64,000 bases of DNA from Azolla caroliniana (lineage: Eukaryota; Plantae; Polypodiophyta). Below are positions 51,428 to 61,731 of this stretch, one piece after another; the stretch's first letter is position 1, and every line of letters begins with the position of its first letter. The notes under the pieces are model-generated. The model ran no database searches and was not told the DNA's origin. It worked only from the letters and a program-made list of their open reading frames with translations. The stretch lies in contig JBHGNT010000006.1 in NCBI GenBank assembly GCA_043228905.1, positions 11,470,001-11,534,000 on the forward strand. The letters run 5' to 3'. Both the position numbers and the translations under genes were made by a program.

Positions 51428-52761
51428 GCCATGATTCCCTCGCTAGGCCTATTAATGATTTAGGTGCAAATAGACACGTCGTTCATTCACACACATACTT
51501 TCTCTCATACACATTCAGTTATATATATTTATACATATGTACATACATATGCACACATGTCTGCGCCTTTCTTATAAACCCTAACAGAGCTTCCTTTGCT
51601 TTCATATTGAGGCGATGGTATTCCATTCTCGAGCGCAACGTCCCGCTGTGTTAAAAGCAGACAAGAAACAGAGTTCCTTCACTCTGTGTTTCTTTCCAAA
51701 AGAAGAAGAAGAAATCGGTCAAAGTAATGCCCATGCAATTTCACACTTTCGTTTACATATATAGCCTTATATACAGATGAGAGAGACAGAGACAGATACA
51801 GAATGGGTGTGTGTGTGTGTTCTTGTAAAGTTGTGTTGTTTATATGTGTGAAATATACGTCTCTTGGGAGGTGTTTGTTCTTGCATTGAATTGAATTGGA
51901 GCAGAAATGAGATGGGAGGTGAACTGGTCTTGGGATGATGAGGTTTAGCCAAATCGGAGTGCATTTCACGCTTGATCTTTGCTCCCTTTTTTCCTTTCGA
52001 AGCTCAAATTGTTGATATCCTAGAAGCGGGAGAGGTTGAAGCATTCTTGGCGTGAGCACAATGAAGAATCTCTCTAATCTGGGATAAGGTCTACCTGACC
52101 AAGCCAGTACCCTCCCCCCCCCTTCCATCTGCGTCGATTGTATCTGTAAATATTTGATCCATGTTGAAATCCATGTGTGTTCTGCAATTTATCACAGGTC
52201 TTCTACACTTGAAGTGAGTTTGGGATGATTCTAGCGTCTTGTTCCCCTATCATTGTGCTTAATTAACTTGAACTCTTGTGTCAAAGCGTTGTTTTCTGAG
52301 TTAGGGTAACATGGATCTTGACTTAGAAGAAGAGATTGGTCAATTTGAGTTTATTGTTCCATTCTTGGTCGAGTTCCAAGTTTGGTCTTGTCGTAGTTTC
52401 TTGAACAGGTGTTTAACAGTTCTGGATTTTGACTCCGACATCGGTAGTGGTAAGAGAGGTAAGTTAAGCGATGAAGAGATTGTTTAATTGAATCCACAAG
52501 TTCCTCTCTATAATGAATTAGCATATCTTGTGGTAATTTTATAGGCAGTACATTTTGAGTGTGAGTGTGTATACGATGGCTATGGCTTTAAAGCTATTAT
52601 TGTCCTTCCTAGCATATGTTTTTTGTATGAATTGTCTGGATTTCTTGACAATTCTCCTGTCAATTCCAAATATTAAGATCAATACGTGAAAGTTGTAAAA
52701 TGCATCAGGAAGGATTTAGACCCAGAAAATGTGCCACCAAATTTAATGGTACTGAGATGAT

Positions 52762-53033
52762 CATTTATGTCTAACATAGTTGGTGGTCTCTAACAGAAGG
52801 GTAAATCTCACACGGTTTCACAATGCTATACTCTGATAATCATATTAGATGGTGCGTTTAGACATTTCCTGTTACGATTATTTGTGCTCAATTGATGAAC
52901 ATTTATGTTTAACATCGTTGGTAATGTCTAATGCAAGGGTAAATTTCACACGGTTCCACAATGCTATATTCTAACAGTCATGTTAGATGTTGCGTTTAGA
53001 AATTTCGTGATACAATTGTTTGTGCCCAATTAA
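52762..53033. repeat. Diverged ~137-bp tandem duplication
   Basis: catttatgtYtaacat...gggtaaat..cacacggtt..acaatgctata...gcgtttaga occurs twice. Confidence 0.8.
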
Positions 53034-53165
53034 TAGCATCAAATCAGCAAATCAAAATTTATTTGAAAAGCTAGGACAACCCATCCAACCTTTCTCAAGC
53101 TATATCTACTGCTTGACTCAATCTTAATTGTTATGCTGCATTAATGGCAATTTGTTGCCTTACTT

Positions 53166-53361
53166 TCAATGTAGCTGCTTCATCTAACAAAGCTTCACTC
53201 TGTGAATCATATCATGTAAACTTCAATAGAATCTAATGGTGTTTAGGTTCAATGTAGCTGCTTCATCTAACAAACCTTCACTATCTGAATCATATCACGT
53301 AAACTTCAATAGAATCTCACTTCACCACTTGTGCCAATATCACGTAAACTTCAATAGAATC
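53166..53361. repeat. ~82-bp tandem duplication plus a partial third copy downstream of FHIT
   Basis: ttcaatgtagctgcttcatctaacaaa...gtaaacttcaatagaatc repeated. Confidence 0.8.
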
Positions 53362-54373
53362 AATCATGAAAGCTTCATTCCAATTTTTGATGCTTATGCA
53401 ATTTTCAGCTTAGCCTAATTTATTTTGTCTTGTAGATACTGACATTATTCTAGCATTCTTTCAATTGAGAGATGCCAAAACCAACCTCAGAAGGGAAGAA
53501 ATTCCGGTAACCCAAGAATATTCATGTGGGTTACGAAGATATTCTTCCTTCTGGTGTAGTAGAGCTAGCTCTAGCTATGATAGTGTCAAGTGTAGGTTGG
53601 TATATATTATTCAAAATAGCTTTCTTAATTCAGTTGCCTCTTCCACCATATCCTCTCTTGTACGATCTTTCCCTTGTTCTTCGGCATCCAAATGCTTCTT
53701 GAGTTGTGCCTGCTGAGAGAACAAAAAGGTAAATGTAAGGTGAGACCACCACATTTTGACATCAACTGCTCATAAATCATTAAACATCATCAAATGACGA
53801 TTCGTTAACATAGAATGTTCTGCAAACCTCCTCCTCATCAGCATGACCCATATCTGTTGATTTTTGCAGGTCATCTCCTTTACGAGGTAAAATGTGAATA
53901 TGGATGTGAGGCACTGTTTGCCCTGCCTGTGCACCATCTTGTAAAACAAACCCTTGGACAAAATATGTAAATATAATGACACAATAAAAAGCTAACAGTT
54001 ATAGAGAAATGCACCAACGTTGTTAAAGCCTAGTTATTCGTTGCCAAAGAAAACTTGACACAACCAATGAACTGCTTTAAATTCACAATAAGAAAAGCAG
54101 GGCAATAAATTAAACAACCTTGTATATATTTCTGCAACATCTTATTTCGTACAATACAAGAATTAGCATAAGAGAGAACCTAAATAAGAAAGACGTCAAA
54201 GTTCACCACGCATTACCAATTGAAGACCAAAAAATGAAGACTTCACCTGAATGCCGAACGTTACAGAGTTTGCACCATAATGAGGTTCCAATGTAGAAGC
54301 TACATTCCTCGCAGTCATCCATAGATCTGTTGTTTCATCATCAGTTAAGTCCACCATACGTGGTACAACGCAC

Positions 54374-55127
54374 TGTCGTAGTGTATTTCGTACACTACAT
54401 GAAAATAATATAAAATAACCGATTGAATAAATATGAAGAAAAAAAGAAGAAAATATCAAAAAAAGTATTATATGCATAGTGCAAGATTCGAACATTGCAC
54501 CTCCATGTTAGTAATGTAATGTCTTACCATTACACTAGCATTTCATTCATGTCAAAAAGTAGATGTCCCACATGAAAATAGTAAATTCAAGTAGGATAAA
54601 CTTTAGTTAAAAGAAAAACGCATGCTAAAATAAAAAGCTACGCATGTACATCTAGCGTGCATGAACGCTATAGTTGATAAAAAACACATAAGTTAGAAAA
54701 AGCATAATCACTTTAGATAAAGCATATAGTCTATCTATAAGAAAAGCATGGAGTCTATAATTAGAGAAAAAAAAGCATGGATTCCTAAGACTCCCTCATC
54801 ACTATATAAGGATGGGGAGCACAATGTAATAGGTGTGTGAAAAATATTTGGAAACCAGATATGTTTCTAAAAAAATACCAATTAATAAACTATACTCATG
54901 GGATTCACGAGGATTCTATATCATTCTCTTTCAACCCAAATTTATATTCTTATATTCATATTGATTAATCTAATACAATACACTCGTGGGATTCACAAGT
55001 TTGCTATAACTCTTTCTTACAATATATTTATATTCTTATTAGCCTTAAAACTCTCCTCTTCCTAGTCCAAAACCCCAGCGGTTCCCACCCGACTCACGCA
55101 AACGATCTGGCGCCGAAAGGCACGACA
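54374..55127 (+). mobile_element. Solo LTR (Trp-primed gypsy-type termini) inserted in a FHIT exon
   Basis: TGTCGT...ACGACA termini; TATA near 54803; splits the SSK|xVVPR codons; 4-bp TSD degraded. Confidence 0.8.
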
Positions 55128-55150
55128 TCAGTTTGAGCTCACGAGTACAT

Positions 55151-55554
55151 GTGTGATTTAGTCAAGGATGAACTCGAATCATTCATTTATGCTAAAACCT
55201 TGTGATAATAGATATCTTGATCATGAATTGAAAGACATAGACAACAAGTGTTCATGTGTGCACTTCCACACCAAATTATAATGCATGCACAAGAATTTGA
55301 TATGTGATAATTGACCATTTTGTTTAAGTATTCAAGTAGAAATAAAGTTGCCTTACATGTGAAGCCTGTAAAATCGTTTAAGAGTGTATTCACATAGATA
55401 GGAAGTGACTTAGATATGCAAAGATCGTATGTGCTTTATATGCTTCAAGTAAAGCTGACACATCTTCCATATGAAAATTGAACTTGTTTTCTAAGTATTC
55501 AAGTACGAATGGAACAAAACCACTACTTTCCCAAAGGGGAAGAAAGAAGGATAT
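55151..55554 (-). other. U12-type AT-AC intron of FHIT
   Basis: 5' site ATATCCTT at 55554-55547; branch site TCCTTGAC at 55168-55161; terminal AC at 55152-55151; splicing restores G-H-V-L-V. Confidence 0.85.
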
Positions 55555-56109
55555 GACCTGCATACACAATGCACATGCTTGAGAAAGTAGATTTAATAGG
55601 AATAGAAACCCATACATGGTCTAAAATTTCAAAGTACATGTCTCTCGGAAATGGTAAAAGAAAAGCATCTGACCTGGTACTATTGGCCTCAGGTTCACAA
55701 ACGCAAAAGAATATTTGGTTGTAAGAAACACCTCTCCTGTACCGATCTTGTAAGGCCCAAACATGAAATGTTCTTGTGTCGCCTGTTATATATGTACACA
55801 TGTTTTAGAAAGAATGGGTTAAGGTTCTGTGAGTGATTTCCATCAATAATTTCTTCCAATAATAATGTCAAATAAAAGAATGTCTGAAACTGTGTATATA
55901 GTCATCGCAACCCTCATAAGGCCATGATTCATTATTCACAACACATAAGAAAATAAACGATCTTTCATATCTACCCAGAGAAAGAACATATAATCTACAT
56001 TAGTATTGGCTTCTAGTACATGTATTAAAGCAAAGAACGTTTGTTCTTTTCTTTCGTGCTGACCTCTCCAATCTTAAATTCACATTCCAACAATCAGTAT
56101 TCGACGATG

Positions 56110-56153
<44 letters not shown>

Positions 56154-56386
56154 CCTGGGAGGTAGTTGCCATGGCTGCTGAAAGCGTCCGTCTGCAAAGG
56201 AATTGAGCGGGAGGAGAAGAGGAAGCGCCGATGATGAGAGGAAGAATTTGGGAGTGAGAGATGAAAACACCGTTGGCTAGACACACATAAATACACACGC
56301 ACACGCACACATACGTATATGTATACGTATACGTATACGTACATAACATCTAATGAAAATATGATGTATGTATGTATTGATAGAAT

Positions 56387-56821
56387 CATAGATTGGCACG
56401 TCGTCATATTCGTGATCTTCGCCATATTCGAGAAAGAAAAAAGAAATCGCCCCAAAAGATCATCAAACCATTCGTTTCTCATAATAAAAAGGATTTAATT
56501 CACTAATACTTAATAAACTCACCAAAACATTAATTAAATCGCTAATAATTAAATAATTAGGGTTTCAACAAAACCTTGAGTTTGCAAGCCGAGAGAACAA
56601 GATGTAGTAGGCATAATTTAGAGGGAGGCGAGGATGCATGCCGAAAATAGGAAATATGATCGAAATTAGTGTTTTGAGTCGAAACCCTAAATTTCAAGCT
56701 AGGAACAAAATGGAGGGGGAGGCGAGGATGCAATTTGTTGTTCGTTCAAGGGAAAAAAACGAATACTTTTGCATGCATTTTGTATTCATTCATGGGGGAG
56801 GTGTGAATATGTCAATCTATG
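56387..56821. mobile_element. hAT-type MITE upstream of FHIT
   Basis: TIR CATAGATTG(G/A)CA; 8-bp TSD gatagaat/catagaat; empty site present in the paralogous region at ~16122. Confidence 0.85.
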
Positions 56822-57156
56822 CATAGAATAGACGAACAAAAATAATAAATAAGGAACTTGGAGAAGATAAGGAAAAGAAATAAGTAACAAAATAAAGATG
56901 ACTATATGATGATGGATGGGAGGAGATATGTGTTTGCCGTGAAGAATGTACATATCCGGAGCAACCCCCCACGCACATCAAGTTTGGGACACATTTGTAA
57001 TTCTAGATAAATCTCCTCAAAATACTATGGCCATATGGTCGATATGAAACGATAAGAAAGCCCAATGTATAGAATAGGAAAAGTCATTATCCTTTTGGAA
57101 TCCGCAAAACTAATTTAGTATGATAGTGATTGTTGGTCAAGCAAGTAGCCAATTAG

Positions 57157-57625
57157 TAGTGGGCCCGGTTTGGTTTTGGTTCGAGTCGGTTTCTTTGCCT
57201 TGAAATTGAACCAAACCATTTAAATTCAAACCGTTTAGGGAAAGTTGAAAGTTGAAACTAAACTGAACCATTTAATAAAAACTTTAAACCTAACCGCTTA
57301 TGTCAAATTAATTAAAAAACTAAATAAACCAAAAAACATTAAATTAAATTTATTAAATCAATAAAAAAACATTAATTAAACCATTAAAAGGGGGTTGAAA
57401 AAGTTCACCAAAAACCCATAAACCTTTAAGCCAAACCTATAAACCAATAAACTTGAGTATTGGAACGAAACTAAACTGAAACCAAATCATTTATTTATAA
57501 CCCGAACCAAACCAAACCATTAAACTTTTTAGAATGGTTTTAAATCGTTAAACCATGGCTTAACGGTTCAGTTCGGTTTAATTACTAAACGATCAAAGTT
57601 GATCGATAGGATCTTTCGGCCACTA
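57157..57625. mobile_element. Putative non-autonomous DNA transposon remnant
   Basis: Imperfect TIR tagtgggcc/ggccacta; many AACC(G/A)/GGTT subterminal-like motifs; no convincing TSD. Confidence 0.45.
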
Positions 57626-57910
57626 TAGTGTGAAAGAGCCCATATCATAAGTGTGAAAGAAGAATAGGAGAAAAAGAAGGAGATGAAGAAAGGACTTTTA
57701 GGAGTTTGCAAGATAGGAAATCAAATAGTTCTTTAGTTTTGTAGTGCTATTTGAACTTTATCCAGTTTGTATTATCTTCCTAATATAATATCATTGCATT
57801 CTTTTCTCTTCCTCTACTCATTGTAATTTTTTTCTCTATACTCAGTTTCAGTATGGAACAAGCCAAAACTCTTAAGCTTGTGGTCGTTGGATCCAACGCC
57901 AACACATCTA

Positions 57911-57983
57911 AATAGCATAGCTTAGAGGGAAGAGTGCAAGGCTCTTAACTTGGTGGTCATGGGTTGGATCCCCATGGCTGGCG
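57911..57983 (+). pseudogene. tRNA-Lys(CTT) pseudogene
   Basis: Degenerate copy with a damaged B-box (GGTTGGATCC). Confidence 0.75.
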
Positions 57984-58055
57984 GTAGTCATGCCATGGTA
58001 GATCTCCGCACAAACTAGATGTATGAATGAAAGTGTCATGTAAAGAAGATATCCA

Positions 58056-58128
58056 GCCGGCCTAGCTCAGATGGAAGAGCGCAAGGCTCTTAACCTTGTG
58101 GTCATGGGTTCGAGCCCCATGGTCGGCG
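58056..58128 (+). tRNA. tRNA-Lys(CTT), fully pairable cloverleaf
   Basis: Acceptor GCCGGCC/GGTCGGC, D-arm GCTC/GAGC, anticodon arm CAAGG-CTCTTAA-CCTTG, T-arm ATGGG-TTCGAGC-CCCAT; no adjacent T4 terminator. Confidence 0.85.
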
Positions 58129-58186
58129 GCATTCTTGCCCTACTTTATGTTCATCAAATCTAGATGTATGAGTGAAAGTGTCACAT

Positions 58187-58908
58187 TGTCGAGGATATCC
58201 TCGCGGATGCGTAGAAGTCGGGCAGGACCACGGGGGTCTCCAACCAAGGAATCAGGAAATCGAGGAGGGAGGAGTTTGGGGACTGCGTAGGTCTTAAGGC
58301 CACGGGAGAGCGGGTAAGTCTAGCGAACGAGAGAGAGTAAGAGAGTCACGCGTAGACACAGACACGGGCCAAGACACTGAGAACAAAGTATGTTAGGTGG
58401 AAAGAGTTCTATTATAACACAGGTGCACGGTGCAGCTTGTGATTACAACCGGATCAGAGCTGGTGATCGAGCGTAGAGCTTCGTAAAACCCCAATACAAA
58501 GAGACGTCCGTGCGTAGAAGGTCGATCCCCGGGTCGGGAGCACTCGGATGTCTACCGCGATCAGGGGAAGCGCCTTCTTTTGCGATCAGTCGTCGGTCCT
58601 TCTCTGTATCCTCTCCTCTCGATGGCATTTTTGAAGACAGTCAAAGGTCGCCCCTTTTATAGCACAAGGGACGACTGTTACAAGCATTCATGACCCGTCA
58701 CCCCTTTGTCCTAGATTCTCTCCTCGTAACTCTCCCTACTTATGCGATGTCTATATCTTCTTTAATGCTCTAACTACCTAGTACCCCTCCTTATACTCAT
58801 GCCTAGTACTTAAATCCTATTTAATTCCCTCGAGGCATGCACTCGCGTATACCGGTGTTCCTGCGCGTTTCACCTTGCTTCCGCTTATGGCCCGGAATCT
58901 TCACGACA
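58187..58908 (-). mobile_element. Solo LTR of the Trp-primed gypsy lineage inserted in the tRNA array
   Basis: TGTCGAGG...CTTCACGACA termini like 62382-63016; TSD ACAT/ACGT; absent from the other array units. Confidence 0.88.
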
Positions 58909-59098
58909 ACGTAGAGAAGGCATTGAGCTGCGTAGGATATAAGGTATGGAGCATTCACATTTCGAGTGCAAGAACATGCACCAAGATCTAAAGTTGTGGT
59001 CATGGGTTTGATCCCCGCGGTCGTCGGTAGTCATGTCATGGTAGATCTCAGCGCAATGTAGTTGTATGAATGAAAGTGTTTAGGAAAGAAGATACCTA

Positions 59099-59171
59099 GC
59101 CGGCCTAGCTCAGATGGAAGAGCGCAAGGCTCTTAACCCTGTGGTCATGGGTTCGAGCCCCATGGTCGGTG
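59099..59171 (+). tRNA. tRNA-Lys(CTT), near-intact (one anticodon-stem mismatch, G1-U72 pair)
   Basis: Two differences from the 58056 copy. Confidence 0.7.
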
Positions 59172-59950
59172 GAGTTCATGCCCTGCTGATAGATGTCCAT
59201 CAAATCTATATGTATGAGTGCAAGTGTCGCATAGAGAAGACACCCAGCCGGCGTATGACATATGTGTGAAACCATTTTTAGAATTCAAGGTATTAAATAC
59301 TAGAAGAATATAAGGTATGGAGCATTCATATTTGGAGGGCACGAACACAAACAAAGATTTTAAGGAGAAGTCAAACAAAAAGTAGGAGAAATTTAAAAGG
59401 AGAAAAAGACGGGCAAGTAAAAATAGTCTAAAAGGAACGGTTATAACTCTGTCATTGAGATATGGGCTGGACAGATCATGAAGAGAGCAATGTCTGGAAT
59501 TTTCCATCTTTAAATTTGGAGCTCTGGTGAGGGAGATATGACGATGAGAAGGTCCATGTGTCATAACGAAGTATAGGAGATGAAAAACTTGTAAAATTAG
59601 CCTGAAAAAGAGAGGTATGTTTAAGAATAAGAACATTATAAGAAGTGAGAAGAGGCTGGATAGAAGGAAGGAGGAGAGAAAGTAGAAAGTAGTGCAAAGA
59701 AGAATAGGAGAAAAAGAAGGAGATGAAGAAAGGATTTCTAGGAGTTTGCGAGATAGGAAATCAAATAGTTCTTTAGTTTTGTAGTGCTATTTGAACTTTA
59801 TCCAGTTTGTATTATCTCCCTAATATAATATCATAGCATTCTTTTCTCTTCCTCTACTCATTGCAATTTTTTTCTCTATACTCACTTTCCATATGGAACA
59901 AGCCAAAACTCTTAATCTTGTGGTTATTGGGTCGAGTACCAACACATCTA

Positions 59951-60023
59951 ACTAGCATAGCTCAGAGGGAAGAGCGCAAGGCTCTTAACTTTATGGTCAT
60001 GGGTTAGATCCCCATGGGCAGCA
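59951..60023 (+). pseudogene. tRNA-Lys(CTT) pseudogene
   Basis: Degenerate copy in the array position equivalent to 57911. Confidence 0.75.
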
Positions 60024-60095
60024 GTAGTCATGCCATGGTAGATCTCCACGCAATCTAGATGTATGAATGAAAGTGTCACGTTAGAAAGATATCCA

Positions 60096-60168
60096 TCCGG
60101 CCTAGCTCAAATGGAAGAGTGCAAGGTTCTTCACCTTGTGGTCATGCGTTCGAGCTCCATGGTCGCCG
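60096..60168 (+). pseudogene. tRNA-Lys(CTT) pseudogene
   Basis: Multiple stem-breaking substitutions relative to 58056. Confidence 0.75.
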
Positions 60169-60390
60169 GAATTCATGCCCTGCTGATAAATGTCCATCAA
60201 ACTTATATGTATGAGTGAAAGTGTCGCATAGAGAAGACACCTAGCCGACGTACGACATATGTGTGAAACCATTTTTAGATTTCAAGGTATTAAATACTAG
60301 AAGAATATAAGGTATGGTGCATTCATATTTGGAGGGCACGAACACGAACGAAGATCTTAAGGAGAAGTCAGAGAAAATGCAGGAGAAAGG

Positions 60391-61731
60391 TGTAGAAACG
60401 AAGGTGCAGAAGCGTCAAACAAACCGGCTCCGCCGGACAGCAACAGACAGAGAGAGATAGAGAAAGAAAGATAGAGTGTACGCGGTAGAGACAGAGAATG
60501 AGCAGAACATTAAAAATCTATTACAAAACAATAATAGTTCTATGTACATAAAACGTGCTCAACAACACTATTTATACAAGTACTAAGAGGACTGACAGAA
60601 GTACGGTGTACTTCAAATGCTCACATGAGCGTCTAACACTAACTACGAGTCATTAACTACCTAGTAGTCTAGGTTGCTACTAGGCTTCCGATTACTGCTC
60701 GATTCGGCTAACCGGCTCCCCATCTCATTGGCTTGCTTGCTCACCGGCTCACCGATCCGGCTCATCCTTTCGGATGCCGATTCGGCTCAAGCTTATTCAG
60801 CTGATCCGGATCCGGTTGAGCTTGCCGCTCAATACTCCCCCTCAAGCCTCATTAACTACCTAGTAGTCTAGGTTGCTACTAGGCTTCCGATTACTGCTCG
60901 ATTCGGCTAACCGGCTCCCCATCTCATTGGCTTGCTTGCTCACCGGCTCACCGATCCGGCTCATCCTTTCGGATGCCGATTCGGCTCAAGCTTATTCAGC
61001 TGATCCGGATCCGGTTGAGCTTGCCGCTCAATACTCCCCCTCAAGCTCAACTTGAGGTCGGATCGTAGTGTCAGTTTCCATGGCAGCTGGTCCTTCCATC
61101 CAGCTCCTTTTGGAGTTGCTCCGCCTCGCTCGCGCTGCTCGTTCGGTCCGGTTCCGTTTGCTGCGACCCTTCTGATTCTGTGAACCTCGACCTCCTCGGT
61201 CGGCTTGTCTGCTCAACAGGCCCAATTCTGCTCCCTTGTTGCTGTGACTTTGGCACTTGTCGACCTGCCGAATTCCTACGTATTGTCGTCGACTTCCGCT
61301 GCCTTCTTGTCCACTGGGCCTTCAGTTGATCCGATTCTTCCGAATCCGTCTGTTGAACCGAATCGGCTGTCTCTGATTCGGTCCAACTCTTGTCCAAAAT
61401 GGTCGCTCCCGATTCGTCTTCCGGTTCCAGGCCCTTCACCACATCGGACCATGTCCGGGTCTTGGCCTTCTTCTTCCGGTCGGCTCTGTCCTTCTTGACT
61501 CTGCTTTTATCGGTTCTTCCCTCACCAGTGTAATTGGCAGCTTCTTTGCCTTTGCCCGTTCCGGTGTCTTTGCCTGTTCTCCCCCTCAAGCGTGGCACGT
61601 CGAGATGCTGAACACCAAGCATTTTAGTGAAGTGCTCCAACTTGTTTGATCCGAGCGATTTTGTGAAGATGTCGGCAACTTGCCGATCCGTATGAACATA
61701 CCAAAGTTCAACTTCACCGCTCAGGACACGC
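60391..61731 (-). mobile_element. Copia 3' end (RNase H end, charged tail, PPT, 3' LTR 60391-61033 with a 199-bp duplication)
   Basis: QVADIFTK...HLDVPRLRGR; LTR related to 43117-43503. Confidence 0.88.

Larger units (their letters stand above)
53611..56172 (-). pseudogene. FHIT: Bis(5'-adenosyl)-triphosphatase FHIT (HIT family), probably disabled; exons 56155-56172, 55674-55782, 55555-55557, 55132-55150 + 54247-54373, 53828-53938, 53611-53712
   Basis: Reconstructed ~162 aa: MATTSQ-ATQEHFMFGPYKI...FVNLRPIVPGHVLVSSK.VVPRMVDLTDDETTDLW...IQDGAQAGQTVPHIHIHILPRKG...EEATELRKLF*; solo LTR inside an exon; acceptor at 53939-53940 reads AA. Confidence 0.9.
57660..60390 (+). repeat. Higher-order tandem array of tRNA-Lys(CTT)-containing ~145-bp monomers with a ~600-bp spacer (unit ~1 kb)
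   Basis: 57660-58186 repeats at 59700-60226; 59172-59380 repeats at 60170-60390; about 8 whole or partial tRNA copies. Confidence 0.88.

Noticed and set aside
51679-52490. 149-aa minus-strand ORF and a short plus-strand ORF near 52311
   Set aside because: No recognisable domain or supportable exon structure.
54196-54495. 99-aa ORF as a stand-alone gene
   Set aside because: It is a FHIT exon read through from LTR sequence into an intron.
59253-59890. Spacer of the tRNA array read as the LTR of a tRNA-carrying TRIM
   Set aside because: No convincing PBS, PPT or TSD; it splits a tRNA monomer, so an insertion amplified with the array is the simpler explanation.
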